Of a stretch of 64,000 bases of DNA, positions 39,383 to 51,622 are shown piece by piece (positions within the stretch are counted from its first letter, which is position 1; the number at the start of each line of letters is the position of its first letter). The translations under genes were made by a program, and so were the position numbers. The notes under the pieces are model-generated. The model was not told where the DNA came from. It worked only from the letters and a program-made list of their open reading frames with translations, and did not search any database. The stretch spans positions 68,812,386-68,876,385 of the forward strand of contig NC_057721.1 of assembly GCF_004010195.1 (NCBI RefSeq). The letters are read 5' to 3'. Origin of the DNA: Chiloscyllium plagiosum (lineage: Eukaryota).

Positions 39383-39627
39383 TTCAATAGCATTGGCCTG
39401 AAATGTTAATTGTGCTTTCTCTCCACAAATGCTGCCAGGCCTGCTGAGTTTCTCCAGCAATTTCTGTTTTGATATCAGATTTCCAGCATCCACAATACTT
39501 TGCTTTTTGTGAAACATTAGCTGGAATCAATAGTTCTTACCTCACAATAACCCAGATTGAGGGTTGTGCCCCACTCCAGAGCTTGCGCTTAAAAAAAGTC
39601 TGTGCTGACAATCCACTGGCACTTTCA

Positions 39628-40092
39628 TAGAATGATAGAGTACAGCACGGGAAACAGACCCTTCAGTCTAACCCGTCCATGCCGACCAGATATCCGACCT
39701 AATCTTGTCCCATTTGCTAGCACTTGACCCATATCCCTCTAAACCCCTCCTATTCATATACCCATTTGCTGAAAACAAATGAAGAATTTAAATGTTGCAA
39801 TTGTACCAGCCTCCACCACTTCCTCTGGCAGCTCATTCCATACACGCACCACCCTCTGCATGAAAAAGTTGCCTCTTGGGTCCCTTTTAAATTTTTCCCC
39901 TCTCACCTTAAATCTATTCCCTTTAGTTTTGGACTCCCCCCAACCCTGGGGAAAAGACCTTGCCTATTTACTCTATCCATGCCCCTCGTAATTTTATAAA
40001 CCTCTGTAAGGTCACCCCTCAGCCTCCTGCAGGGAATACAACCCCAGCCTATTCAGTCACTCCCTGTAGCTCAAATCCTCCAACCCTGGCAA
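39628..40092 (-). mobile_element. CR1 (HER1-like) 3' end
   Basis: Reverse complement closely matches 1420-1860. Confidence 0.88.
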
Positions 40093-40569
40093 ATTCATTT
40101 GTGTGGTGGACATAATTTATTTTTGACTCAATGAACACTGCTCATTTTGCTACTGCACAGCAGTACGGCTAGCTTTTCCGGTTTTTCAAATTACCGGGGA
40201 AATCTGAGGTAGACAGAAGACGTTTTAGGACCAAAAGTGATAGCCTTAGGCTCGTTATGAACTTGAGTGATATATAATGAGAAATGACTTGATCCAGATA
40301 GCAATTATTCTGCAGGATGGCTTTGATGCACTCTATTGCAGATCGAACCTACACAGTGAGCAAAATGCTTAGACTTTATTTCTTGAGGTTGCCAAGAAGT
40401 CCAATCGTATAGCGCACGGAACCATATTTAATGACCAGCAATGGTAGGCTTGCAGTGTTGTAAACTGGCTGCTAATGTTCCTACTTACAACAGTGACTAC
40501 ACTATGAGAGGATTTTGGGACATCTTAAAAAGATGCTGCATTAATATGTATCCTTCTTTTTTATCATGG

Positions 40570-41300
40570 CAAAGTTATACAGAGCAGGACCCTGAGGAGT
40601 ATTGATATACAGAGGGATCTTGGGGTGCAGATCCATAGTTCCCTGAAAGTGGCAACACAAGTAGAGAAAGTGATGAAGAAGGCATACAGTGTTCATTGGT
40701 CGGGGCATTCAGTTTCAACGTTGACAAGTCAAGTGGCAACTATATAAAACTTCAATTAGGCCACATTTGGAGTGTGGTGTGCAGTTCTGGTCTTCACACT
40801 ATAGGAGGGATGTGGTGGCTTTAGAGAGGGTGCCAAAGAGGTTTACCAGGATGTTGTCTGGATCAGAGTGTATCAGCTATAAGGAGAGGTCAGACAAACT
40901 TGGGATTATTTTTGCTAGACCGTTGGAGGCTTGGTGGGGTGGGGACACGCGACCTGATAGAATTATGTAAACATATGCAAGGCATGAATAGGATGGCTAG
41001 TTAGAGTCTTTTTCCCAGGTTGGAATTGTCAAATACTAAGCAGCGCAGGTTTAAAGGGAGTTTTTAAAAGTGCAAGGCAAGTTTTTGATAGGGAAGGTGA
41101 TAGGTACCTGGAACATGCCACCAGGGATGTGGTAGAAGCAGATATAATAGCAATATTTCAGAGGCATTTAGACAGACATGGGAAAGAGAGGAATAGGATC
41201 ATGTGCAAGCTTGTGGGATTAGTTCAGAATGGCATCACAATTGGTACAGACATGGTGGGCTGAAGGGCCTGTTCCTGTGCTGTCCTATTCTATGTTCTAG
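40570..41300 (+). mobile_element. CR1 3' fragment
   Basis: RPHLECGVQFWSSHYRRDVVALERVPKRFTRML, then a TTCTATGTTCTA tail. Confidence 0.88.
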
Positions 41301-42796
41301 GTCATCTTCTTGAATGAAAAGAAGCATGCATGAGAGATTTTCTCAGGCAAAATTTTATTGACACATGTTCCAGTGCACTGTGTTCTGTTAAAAGTTTAAA
41401 GCAAACTTCCCTTTTAGCACAGAGGCATTTTGCCTGTCATTTCAATCAGTACTTTGGATTGTTCACAGACTTTCTGAGTCGATGTGGGAATTCTCCAGCT
41501 ATTGTGTTACATTAAGCATGCTGCAACATACGTAGCATATATTTAATTTTGATGACACTGAAGTCTCATTAGAAGAGGAAGACATTTCTTAAAAATTAAA
41601 TTGTGAGATGTGAGCATCGCTAGCGAGATGGAATCGAATGATCATCCTCAGTTCCTTTTGAGAAGGTCACCTTCTTGAACAATTGCAGTTTGCAGTGATA
41701 CCATCCCCTCCATTCACCTACCTTGCAAAGTAAGGAGTTTCAGGTCTTTAACTCAGAGACAATGAAGGAATAGCAAGATATCCTGCAGTCACAGGGATTC
41801 TGGAAGTGTTAGTACACCTGCTGCCTTTGCCCTTCGAGCTAGGAAAGGTCATGGCTTTAGAAGATGCTGTCGTAGAAGATTATAATTGCTGATGCTAGAG
41901 CTGGCACTTATTATTTCTGAGAACAAGGACATCAGGGTTCCTTTCTGCCAATTTATTTTTTCAATGTGCTGCTCATTTTATATCTTAATTGATGCAGCAA
42001 AGGATTGATTTCCTGGGGAGTTTGCCTGATTTCATCTGGCAGATCTCTCTCTCTCCTGATCAGGTGAGGTTCACAGTAAAATCAAAAAGTAGGAATGATC
42101 AAGTTCATCCTGTGTCTGTGAAACCCTGGACCCCTTGAAATAAAGTTCAACTCTCCCAGCTGTTCCATGCTATAAATATGCAAACAAAGAATGAGAGACC
42201 GAGAGAAAGAGAGCTAAATAAATAATTTACATTGGGAATCAGGAAAGTGTCTGCAAAATGCAAAGAAACTAACAAACAAATGCAACGAGAGTTAAAACCA
42301 AATATAATATAGATTATTAAGTGATGATAAAAAGCCAGAGTCACAATATTTACCTCTGTTGCATCTAAACACATTTAACAGGGGTCAGGCAGCCATCCAA
42401 CAATATAACAAGCATTGCATGTAATAAATGCAGCCTCTCTAACAGTTAACAGGAAGTAAACTCATTTCCTTTGCATTATACCCTGAGCACATTCCTCTGC
42501 CCAGTTTTGGAGCTTGGCAGAGGATGACAACTCACAATCATGTGACTTCCACCTCCTACTGCTCATGAGAATGTGGGTCCAGGTTAGGTTATTGTGTAGA
42601 TTGGGAGGGAGCTAGTTGCAAAGTGGCAATGGATTAATAATTTATAACCCGAGAAAATGTTCTGGGGACAAGGGTTCAAATCCCACCATATGACATGGTA
42701 AAACTTGTATTGAATAACAAAAAAATCATAATCTGCAATAAAGTTGACCTTAAACCTCTTTACCATACAGTACTGTCAAGCTGGGTTATTAAATAC

Positions 42797-42984
42797 AGGA
42801 GAAAGTGAGGACTGCAGATGCTGGAGATCAGAGCTGAAAATGTGTTGCTGGAAAAGCGCAGCAGGTCAGGCAGCATCCAGGGAACAGGAGAATCGACGTT
42901 TCGGGCATAAGCCCGAAACGTCGATTCTCCTGTTCCCTGGATGCTGCCTGACCTGCTGCGCTTTTCCAGCAACACATTTTCAGC
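42797..42984. mobile_element. Perfect fold-back Penelope-derived element
   Basis: 74-bp perfect inverted arms (42833-42906 and 42911-42984) around the loop ATAA. TSD TTATTAAATA at 42786-42795 and 42985-42994. Confidence 0.9.
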
Positions 42985-42999
42985 TTATTAAATATAGCA

Positions 43000-44465
43000 A
43001 AGGCTGAGATAGACAGGCAAAGTTATGTTTTATTAACTTGTTGAGATTTTATTTTGAAGAGGTAACAGAAAGGCCCAATTAGATTGCTGGATGGACCACT
43101 CTAATTTCAAAACTAATGTTGATTTTGCTTTTGTGCATCTCCTGTGCAGCCTTAACCTTGTATGCCTCACTCTGTCTAAACACCTTATGATCTGTATATC
43201 CTTGTATGCTATGAGTTGCCTGTACTGCTCGCAAAACGAAACTATTCACTATATTTAGGTACATAACAACAATAAGTCAAATCAAAGATTAGTGTAACAC
43301 TGTGTTGTACATAAATTCCAGAAGGTGTTTGATATAGTACCACAAAGCAGATTTATGAGATAAGTTATATATCATAGAATAAAAGGGTCAGTAGCAATGT
43401 GGATACTAAAATTGGCTGAGTTATAGGGAACAGAAAGTAATGGTTGATGGATATTCCTTAGGCTGGAGCATGATTTGTCAAGGAATTCCCAAGTGTTTGG
43501 CCTTAGGACTCTTGCTTTTCTTGACATACTTTAATGATCTTGATCTCGGTGTGCAGGTGACAATTTCAAAGTTTGCAGATGACATAAAACTTGGAAGGAT
43601 TGTGAACTATGATGAGGACAGTGAAGAACTCAAAAGGACGCAGACAATTTGGTGGAGTGGGTGATCTGGTGGTGATGAGTTTCAGAGAGTTAAGTGATGC
43701 ATTTTGGTTGGAAGAACTTTGAAAGACAACGCAGAGGAGGGAATACAATGCAGCACAGAATACAGTTCTAAAAGTGGATGCCGGACCAGCGGGAGATATA
43801 TATGCTGAGATTGTTGAAGGTGACAAGGTTGACAGAGAGAGCAGCAAATAAAGCACACAGTGTCCTCAACTTTATTAATTGGGCATAGAGTACAAGAGCA
43901 AGGAGCTGATGTTGAACTTGTATAATTCGCTTGTTAGATATCATACAGTTCAGGGCACTACTCTATAGGAAAGTTGTCAATGTATTGGACAGACGCAATA
44001 TACAAGAATGTCTCCAGAAATGAGAAACTTCAATTCTGAAGATAGATTGAAGAAGTTAAGACTTTATTCCTCAGAAAGAAGACTAAGAAAAGAGCTAATA
44101 GAACCTTTCTATTAGGCCAAATAGAGCAGAAAGGGAGAAACTGTTCCCACTTTTGATAGGAACAAGAACAATATAGCATAGATTTAAAGTGCTTTACAAA
44201 AGTAGCATGAGTGAAAGGAGAAAAAGCATTTTCACCCAGTGAGTAATTACTGTATGGAATGCACTGTCTGGACATGTGGTGGAGGCAGGTTCAATAGGAA
44301 TATGTTCAAGAGGGAGCTGGATGGTTGTTTAGATGGAAATAGTGTGCAAGTAAATGGGGATAAAGCAGGACATAAGCATTAGGCAATGATGTTCATTTGA
44401 AGAGCTGGTATGGGCATGATGGATTGAATGACCTCCATCTACACTGTAAGACTTTTGTGATTCTG
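43000..44465 (+). mobile_element. Decayed CR1 RT/3' end, with a Rex-like tail insert at ~43095-43285
   Basis: FQKVFDIVP, GIP..LALGLLLFLTYFNDLD and ISKFADDIKLG motifs. Confidence 0.85.
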
Positions 44466-45954
44466 CCTGATGAATTGATCCTGTCCAACGCTATAGTACA
44501 CCATATTACTAATCACACATCGCCCAGCCTGCATCAGTTTTGCACAGGGGGTGTAAGCCTGGGAGACCGTCACAGGGAGGGAAAAGACACTGTGAGAGTG
44601 ATAATGGTTTTTGTAAAAATCTTTCTGTTCAGTTCTGATATGGGGATGTCACTGCCACGATCACCATTTACCACCTCTCTCTCAATGCCCTTGAGGGGAA
44701 GCTGGCGAAGTACATTCAGAACCAAGGAAATGTGGTGTTGGTACTGTTACCATGGTGGTGATAGGGAGGGAGTGACAGGATTTTGACCCAGTGACACCGA
44801 AGGAACGTTCTGTTCACCAATATCCTTTAGGGAAGGGAATTGCTGTCCTTACCTGATCTGGCTGACATGTGACTCCAGACCTCCAACCACAGCAACATGG
44901 TAGACTCTCACCTGCTTTCTGGGCAATTAGAGATGGGTAATAAATGCTGACCAAGTCAACGATGCTCACATCCTTTGAATGAATTTTAAAAAGCAGCCTT
45001 TGCTTAGGGATATACACAGTGTCACATTAGTGAAGGAGAAAGAGAAGGGAACCTATAACATTTTTATCTCAAGACATCGAGAAAGGATGTGATTTTTACT
45101 TCATAGAGAAATGGTCCTGTTAAACAGTGTTTTCCTGTCCTGTGTGACAGTGTTTTTTCCCCACTTTTTTGGAGCACTCTGCCAGATTACCATTGCAAGG
45201 ATGCCCCTCGTCACTAGCCAGTGGTTCATTTGCTATCTGGGGGAAGTGTACATGAGTGTTGGTGGACTGCTCATGGATCGGCACTGATCTTCATCCTTGG
45301 CTGATACTCTCTGCCTGGGTCACTGGGTAACAATGGAGGGTAGAAAATCTGGGCCAGTTAGAACACTCCTTTGGCCAAAGGGCAGTACAACAATAACAAT
45401 TTGCATTTGTATTATGCCTTAGCACTACATGCTAAATTGCTTCACAGGATTAACATCAAATGAAAAGGTGAATAATTGCAGAAGTACCACTTTGGATTGG
45501 ATACCCTGTGGAGGTGATCGTACTCCGTATCAATGGTCAATTGTAAAGTACTGGATGAATCTTCCTGGTCTGTCACCACCAGGAATGCATTGGGTGGAGC
45601 AATTAAGCTACTAAACCACCTCAAACTGCTCCCTTCCCTGTTTGGTAACAAATATGGTTTGTATATGTGGAAACAGTGAGGGCATTGCTCAGGCTGACAG
45701 TGTTTAAGGATCAAAGCTCTCCTCGTCCTGAATAGCATTTCTGTTTACTGTGCTGAAGAGGTCAGAGCATAGCCTTCAGGGAAAGAAAAAGGTCTTTCAA
45801 AACATTATCGATGGGGCATGCCTTCTTTTTCACAATTACTGTGGGAGAGCGAGAAGCTTAAGCTTGTACCTTGAAGTGTTCTATTAATATTTGAAACACT
45901 GGGTGGCATGAGAGTGTGTCAGACTCGGGATGTTGAAGTTTAGAACGGCGATTT

Positions 45955-46035
45955 CCATTGGCTCCCCCGAAGGAGTGATGACATTAGGTTCTGCCTGAGT
46001 TTAAAAGGATCTGCTTTCAGAGCTTGGCATCACAG
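45955..46035 (+). promoter_or_regulatory. Candidate Pol II core promoter
   Basis: ATTGG (inverted CCAAT) at 45957, CRE/AP1-like TGATGACA at 45976, TATA-like TTTAAAA at 46000-46006, initiator-like CATCAC ~28-30 nt downstream. Unique sequence with some CpG retained. Confidence 0.6.
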
Positions 46036-46142
46036 AGGGCTGGTTGCTGAGCTCCCGACACTAGCAGAGTGTGAACCTGAACTACCTTGGAGGGAGAAAG
46101 CGGCAAACAGAAACCCCACAGAGAGACATTTGCAGTCTAACC

Positions 46143-46151
46143 ATGAGCGAG
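46143..46151 (+). CDS. First coding exon (Met-Ser-Glu) of a gene continuing beyond the window; best candidate PCP4/PCP4L1 (PEP-19 family), DBI/ACBP also possible
   Basis: AACC-ATG-AGC-GAG|GTGAGG: good Kozak context, phase-0 consensus donor, ~112-nt ATG-free 5'UTR after the promoter. From recall, PCP4 and PCP4L1 have a 9-nt MSE first coding exon and a long intron 1. Three codons cannot prove identity. Confidence 0.55.
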
Positions 46152-47244
46152 GTGAGGCTTATAAGTAAAATGACCTGCATTCTATTGTGCATGTAAAGTA
46201 TGCTCAATTATTCTGCCTTTAGTCCAGATTAGTTGACAAAACCTTTTCCTCCAGGTCCCAAGTTCAGTTTATGTAATAATGTTTAAACTCGCTGGTGTTT
46301 TATTCTGATTTATTCTGCACTGAATGCAGTTTCCTTTTCAATAAAACTGCGATCATTTAAGTTCTCTTTAAAGGAATGCCAAGGATTCTATATGTCAGTC
46401 ATTTACAACTTAAAGAAAAATTTAAAAAGGATATTGTTTCAGATGTCAACCTCAATAGTCTGAGATAAAATAATCTGATTTAGTCTCTTATCAGATGGTC
46501 ACAGACCTGTTGTGTATTTCCAGCACTTTGCGGTTTGCTTTAATTTTTAAAAGTGTTCATTTTTTTCCGATGAGTTCAATATGCTATATTAATTTTTATT
46601 GTGAATTTCACTTTAGTAAGACACTTCATATTAATAATTGTGTGCACTCATACGTAGCTTTCTTCAGCTACGTTGCATTTTCTCCAAATGGGAGATTTAA
46701 GTGTACACTGACAGAAGTATATAAAATGCAACGAATTAAAAAGAAACTAATTTATAACCGTGTGGGTGCTTGGGTCCAGTGTTAAACAGAACTGAGATAC
46801 AAGAGGCATTTGACAGATGCAGAGAGCCTCAGTGTTATGAAGCGAATAATGACAGCAGGATGGCAGAAGGAGAAAGGAAACACAGAGCGAATGAAAGTCA
46901 GAATGTACAAAAGAGTGCAATAAAGACAAAGCAAAGCCAACTGTAGCACAGATGAAAGAGAGAAACAGGGAGAGTGCTGAAGACTGCAAGTGCAAAGAAA
47001 ATCTCTGATAGAGGTGATACAATGAAGCAAAATGAAAGCAGTGAACATAGATAAATACAAATTAACAGTTCAAAAGAAGAGTGAAAACAAACATGGATAC
47101 AGTAAACAACATAAATTCAAAGCAGCATGAGGGCAAAAGTACGGGCAGAAAAACACAGGCTTTAAAATCGTAAAAATAATCAAAAATAGCAGTACGTGAC
47201 TGAAAAAAACGAGAGTTACATGTGTGTACAATGCATAGCAATTT

Positions 47245-47535
47245 ATTTTTATTCATTCATGGGATGTAGGCCGTCATTGGCTGGAGTGAATTAATTGCCC
47301 ATCCCCTCATTGCCCTTGAGAAGGTGATGGTGAGCTGCCTTCTTGAACCGCTGCAGTCCATGCCCATCTGACACCCACAGGATTTTGACCCAGTGACATT
47401 ATAAGGATGGCTATATATTTCTAAATCAAGGTTGTGAATGGTTTGGAGGCAAACTTGCAGCTGATGGCTTTCCTAGGTATCTGCTGCACCTGTCCTGCTA
47501 GATGGAAGTGGTTTTGGGTTGGGAAAGTGCTGTTG
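47245..47535 (-). mobile_element. Family-B-type SINE or CR1-tail repeat
   Basis: TTGCCCTTGAGAAGGTGATGGTGAGCTGCCTTCTTGAAC block, shared with 41.6-41.9 and 44.6-44.8 kb. Confidence 0.6.
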
Positions 47536-49139
47536 AATTGCATGTTAAGTTCTTTATGAAAGATCCAGTGAACTATCAGATGTTGGAAGTTTTCCAGAAA
47601 TTTAAGTCTTTACAATTTAAGCAATAATATTCTTACAATTAAATCCCCCTCTCCTGTTTCATTTATGTTTCAAGAAGTCTGCTGAAGTGAGCATAAGAAC
47701 TCCAGCTGCTGTAGAGTGCTGCTGGTGAAAGAAAGACAGTTTGCTATTTGACTCTTTTTCTGAAAGAAAGAAGTAACTTTAATTTTTAACTTACATTTCT
47801 CTAGCTGATGTGGTAGATTGTTCACTCCATCTAATGACAGGTTATGTTTGAGATGGGACAATAGAGCTAATGTTTTACTGGGTTATCTGTAATGAATAAT
47901 AGATTGTTACAGCCTACATTGTCAGAAGCTTTCCTTTTTTTACACCATCCATCTAATTCAAGTCAATCTGTGTGAACGGCAATGTTCACAAGATGTTCAT
48001 GGTAATCTCACCTTGTGTCAGCTGCTGTCAAGTCATGATGTAAGCTAGAGAAAGGGCAATCCACGTTCACAAAAACTCACACTTAAAGCACACCTTTCCT
48101 CATTATTGACACGAAGGTTCTCAAATTATCCTGAACTTTTTGTTCTGCCTATCTGAGATCGAAATTGGGTGACTGGGGCAGTGGAGGTTGTGGTGTTTCT
48201 GGTGGGGGAGGGCATTATATGATTGTTTGGTGCAGATGAGGGAAGATGCAGTGTGGATGGGGCAGATTGATCATAACAACTTGCAGTTATGCAGCACTTT
48301 TTACACAGTAGAATAGATAGCAAAGCATTTCATTGGCGCATTAACCAGACAAGACTTAACACACGAGGAGATATCTAGACAGGTGAGCAAAGGCTCAGGC
48401 AAAAAGGTAGATTTCAAAAGGCCACTGAGAGAGAGGTGGAGAGTGGTATTTCCAGAGATTAGAGCCTAGGTAGCCAAAGGCATGGTCATTAATTGTGGGA
48501 ATAATGGAAATCAGAGATATATAACAAACCAGAGTTAATCTGATTTATTATTGTCACATGTACTAAGTTACAGTGAAATATATTGTTTTGCGTGCTAACC
48601 AAATAAATCATATCTTAAATAAGTACATCACAGTAATAGAACAGAACACAGATTCTAGTATTACAGCTAGAGAGAAGATGCAGAGAAAGATCAACTTTAT
48701 TATATGAGAGGTCCATTCATAAGTCTGATAACAGCGGGGATAAAGCTGTTCTTATGTGTAGATGTTGCTTGCACTATGATTTATTCTCCTTTCATTTGCT
48801 TATACATCTACAACTACGTAAAGGGTTGAAGATGAAGGCAAGGTTTTGCCTGGTTTCTTCCAATTAAATTCTGGGGAAGAGCCATGCAAATCCCGGAAAA
48901 TAAATCTCTCAGAAATTTTTTGTTCGTTTCTAGTTTCTCCAATGGATGTCAGAAAGAGAAACAAAAATCAAAATTAATCACGGGTTTGTCCTGCTTCAGT
49001 AAATTAACCAGTGACAAACAAATGAGTGGAAGGTCCAAACTTCCACAATGAAATCCTCGGACAGCTCACTCTGCCCAGATTTAACACAAAAAGTTTATCT
49101 TCTTGAATGAGGATGAGAATGAGTCAGCAACTTTGAATA

Positions 49140-49302
49140 CAAGGAAGAGAGGAGAAGGGACAAAGCAAAGGTGAAGGGAGTGGAGCGCAAGGAGAAGAAG
49201 GGAAAGAGGAAAAATAAATGAGGTGACAGAGGAGAGGGGTGAGACAGAAGGAGTGGAGAAGGAAACGAGGATAGGAGAGAAGAGAAAGGGAGAGGAAAGG
49301 AT
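49140..49302 (+). repeat. Polypurine (GA-rich) low-complexity tract
   Basis: About 160 nt that are mostly A/G. Confidence 0.8.
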
Positions 49303-49914
49303 ATAAGGGTGCTGCAGTGACCTTTAATGTTACAGCAAACCAGTGCACACACAAAGCAGTGAGAGATACAGCAACCATTCAGAGCCAGTCCAACAGATGG
49401 TCATAGAAATTAAAGATTTATAACCTGTAAATATTTCAGTTGTTGTGGACACCGCAGGACATCAGAAAAATCATTGCTTAATTATTGTAGTGAGGGAAAT
49501 AACAGAAAGGGAAGGAAGCTAGAAGGCAAAAACAATGGATTCAGGGAATGATAAGAGGAAGCCAAAAATCAAATGATGGTTTCAGAGGGATGACATTAAT
49601 AACAAAAAGTGGATTTATGGGCCCTGAGGCTGACCTCAAACTTGGCGCTTTAAAGGATAAATTAGTCAAGCATTTTAATCTTGGGAGTTTTTTCAGCGAC
49701 CGAGATAATCAGAGGGCCTATTGCCCTCCCCACGCATCCAACTGACAGGCTGCAAGATGTGCTGGATTGAGTCATCCTCACTGATCTCAGGTACAAATCC
49801 ATCTGCATTGCCCTCTCCTGCTTCTAATGTGATCAGCTTGACTAGAAAGTACACATGCATGAAAGGCATCAGCTGTGATGCCTCCTACAGTTGAAGTGGC
49901 TTCCGATACTTAAT

Positions 49915-50200
49915 CATTGAATTCCTACAGTGTGGAAGCATGGTCCATCAAGTCCACACTGACCCTCTGAAGAGCAGCTCAGCCCCTACCCTATCTCTGC
50001 AATTCTACATTTCTTGTGGCCAATCCACCTAGCCTGCACATCTTTGGAACTGTGGGAAGAAACTTGAGTCCCCAGAGGAAACCCACGCAGAATTGGGCAG
50101 AATGTCTGTTTGAAGTTTGCACAGTCACCTGAGGGTGGAATCAAACCCAAGTCTCTGGTGCTGGTGAGGCAATATTGCTAACCAATGAGCTACCATGTCA
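49915..50200 (-). mobile_element. HE1 V-SINE, diverged
   Basis: CCTGCACATCTTTGG...GAGGAAACCCACGCAG is the V-domain reverse complement. Confidence 0.8.
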
Positions 50201-50329
50201 CCATGGTGGTCTCATAGACTGCAATGCCACCCTGCCACCACAAGGTGACGTAGGCTATGAGAGCAGTACAAGGCTTTTTTTCCCCTACACATGGGATTAC
50301 TAAACCCACTAGAATTTCTGATACTTGAG

Positions 50330-50720
50330 ACAATGTTGACACATTGGGGTTGCCCTCAGAGACAGAACAGGCAGCAGTGAGGAGTCCATACCCAGGAGCA
50401 ATCCACATTTGCTTTGGTGGTGATGGGACTTCTGCCGTGGTTCGGGCCAAGCGCTTTGTTTTTCCCAAAGAGTGTAATGTGTTGGGCACAGCAGCACCTG
50501 CACTATTCTGGATTCTGGAGCTGATATCCTCCCAATCCCATCTCTGCTCCCATAGTAGAGGTTATGAATGAATGGTGTCCCTCTACCCATTCACAACGAC
50601 TGTCGATTCTTCAAGCCCCATTGTCTGGATGCATATGTGAAAAGTTAGCACTTGATACTGGAGAATGGGCGTCACCCAACAAGCTCATTGCAATTCCTGG
50701 TATCGGAAAGGTTAGACCAT
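50330..50720 (+). mobile_element. Possible LTR-retrotransposon gag-protease relic
   Basis: TILDSGADI (aspartic protease motif) at ~50502-50528, preceded by a decayed CF..G.GHF.RG zinc-knuckle-like stretch. Confidence 0.35.
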
Positions 50721-51076
50721 GTGGATGGCATTGATGTTGGTGGAGAAAGGTTACCCATGTTGGACAGGAATACACAGTAGCGAAAACTGGAAGAAATGGA
50801 ATATTATGTAGTAATATTGCGATACTATTTTTGATTACAAACCTGAAGGGATAAGATGATGGGCACTCCTTTTATTACGAGTTTATCACTCAAAAGAAAA
50901 TAAGGGCCAGTCACTGTATAAAATGTACAGAAAATGTATGAGACACTTTGATAAAAGACCACTAAATAATTCATGAAATATACTGCTATGTTATTCACGT
51001 TGATCTTACTCAGTATGGTTGGTTGCTGTTCAGCTCTGATAGCTCATGCCATTCTAGATTCTGCGTCAGGGTTTGG

Positions 51077-51622
51077 TTTATTCATTCATTTGTTCATCGG
51101 CGGTCCCTTGCAGATGAGGTAGACACTCTTCCATTCTCAGGGTGAGTCTGCAGCTGGCTGTACAGATTGATGCGACTCCCACAGGCTCTATTACACTTGG
51201 GATGTGATCACGGAAATGGGTGGGGGCATTGGTGTGTGGCAGCGCGGCCCTTTCACTGTGCTCGCCTGGCTTCCATTTTTTTCCTGACGGCAAGTCTCGA
51301 GGACCTCAATGCCTTCCTGGATGCTCCTCCTCCATTTTGGACGATGTTGGGTCAGTGGTTCCCAGGTGTCTGTGGGAATGCAGTGTTTTACCAGTGAGGC
51401 CCTGAGGGTATCCCTGAAGCACTTCCTCTGTTCACCTGGGCCATGCCTGCTGTTTCAAAGCTGGGAGTACAGCACCTGCCTGGGGAGTCTCTTAGTCATG
51501 TGGATGACATGCCCAGCCCATCACAGCCGATTAATAATGGTCAGTGCCTCAATGCTGGGGATAATGGCCTGGTCGAGGACCCAGGTGCTGCTGCGTCTTT
51601 CTTCCCAGCTGATTCACAACTG
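51077..51622 (-). mobile_element. RTE-clade LINE 3' fragment
   Basis: PSIEALT...WAGHVIHM.KRLPRQVLYSQL...GEQRKCFRDTLRASL...TDTWE...RPKWR, and a C-terminal IGLYS-like zinc-finger region. Confidence 0.85.

Noticed and set aside
46780-47230. A-rich purine-skewed tract giving hydrophobic minus-strand ORFs
   Set aside because: Low-complexity intronic sequence; the ORFs arise from scarcity of stop codons.
47674-47691. Possible 12-nt exon 2 (AAG|AAGTCTGCTGAA|GTGAGC, KSAE) after the MSE exon
   Set aside because: Weak AAG acceptor, and it does not match PCP4, PCP4L1 or DBI exon 2 in size or sequence.
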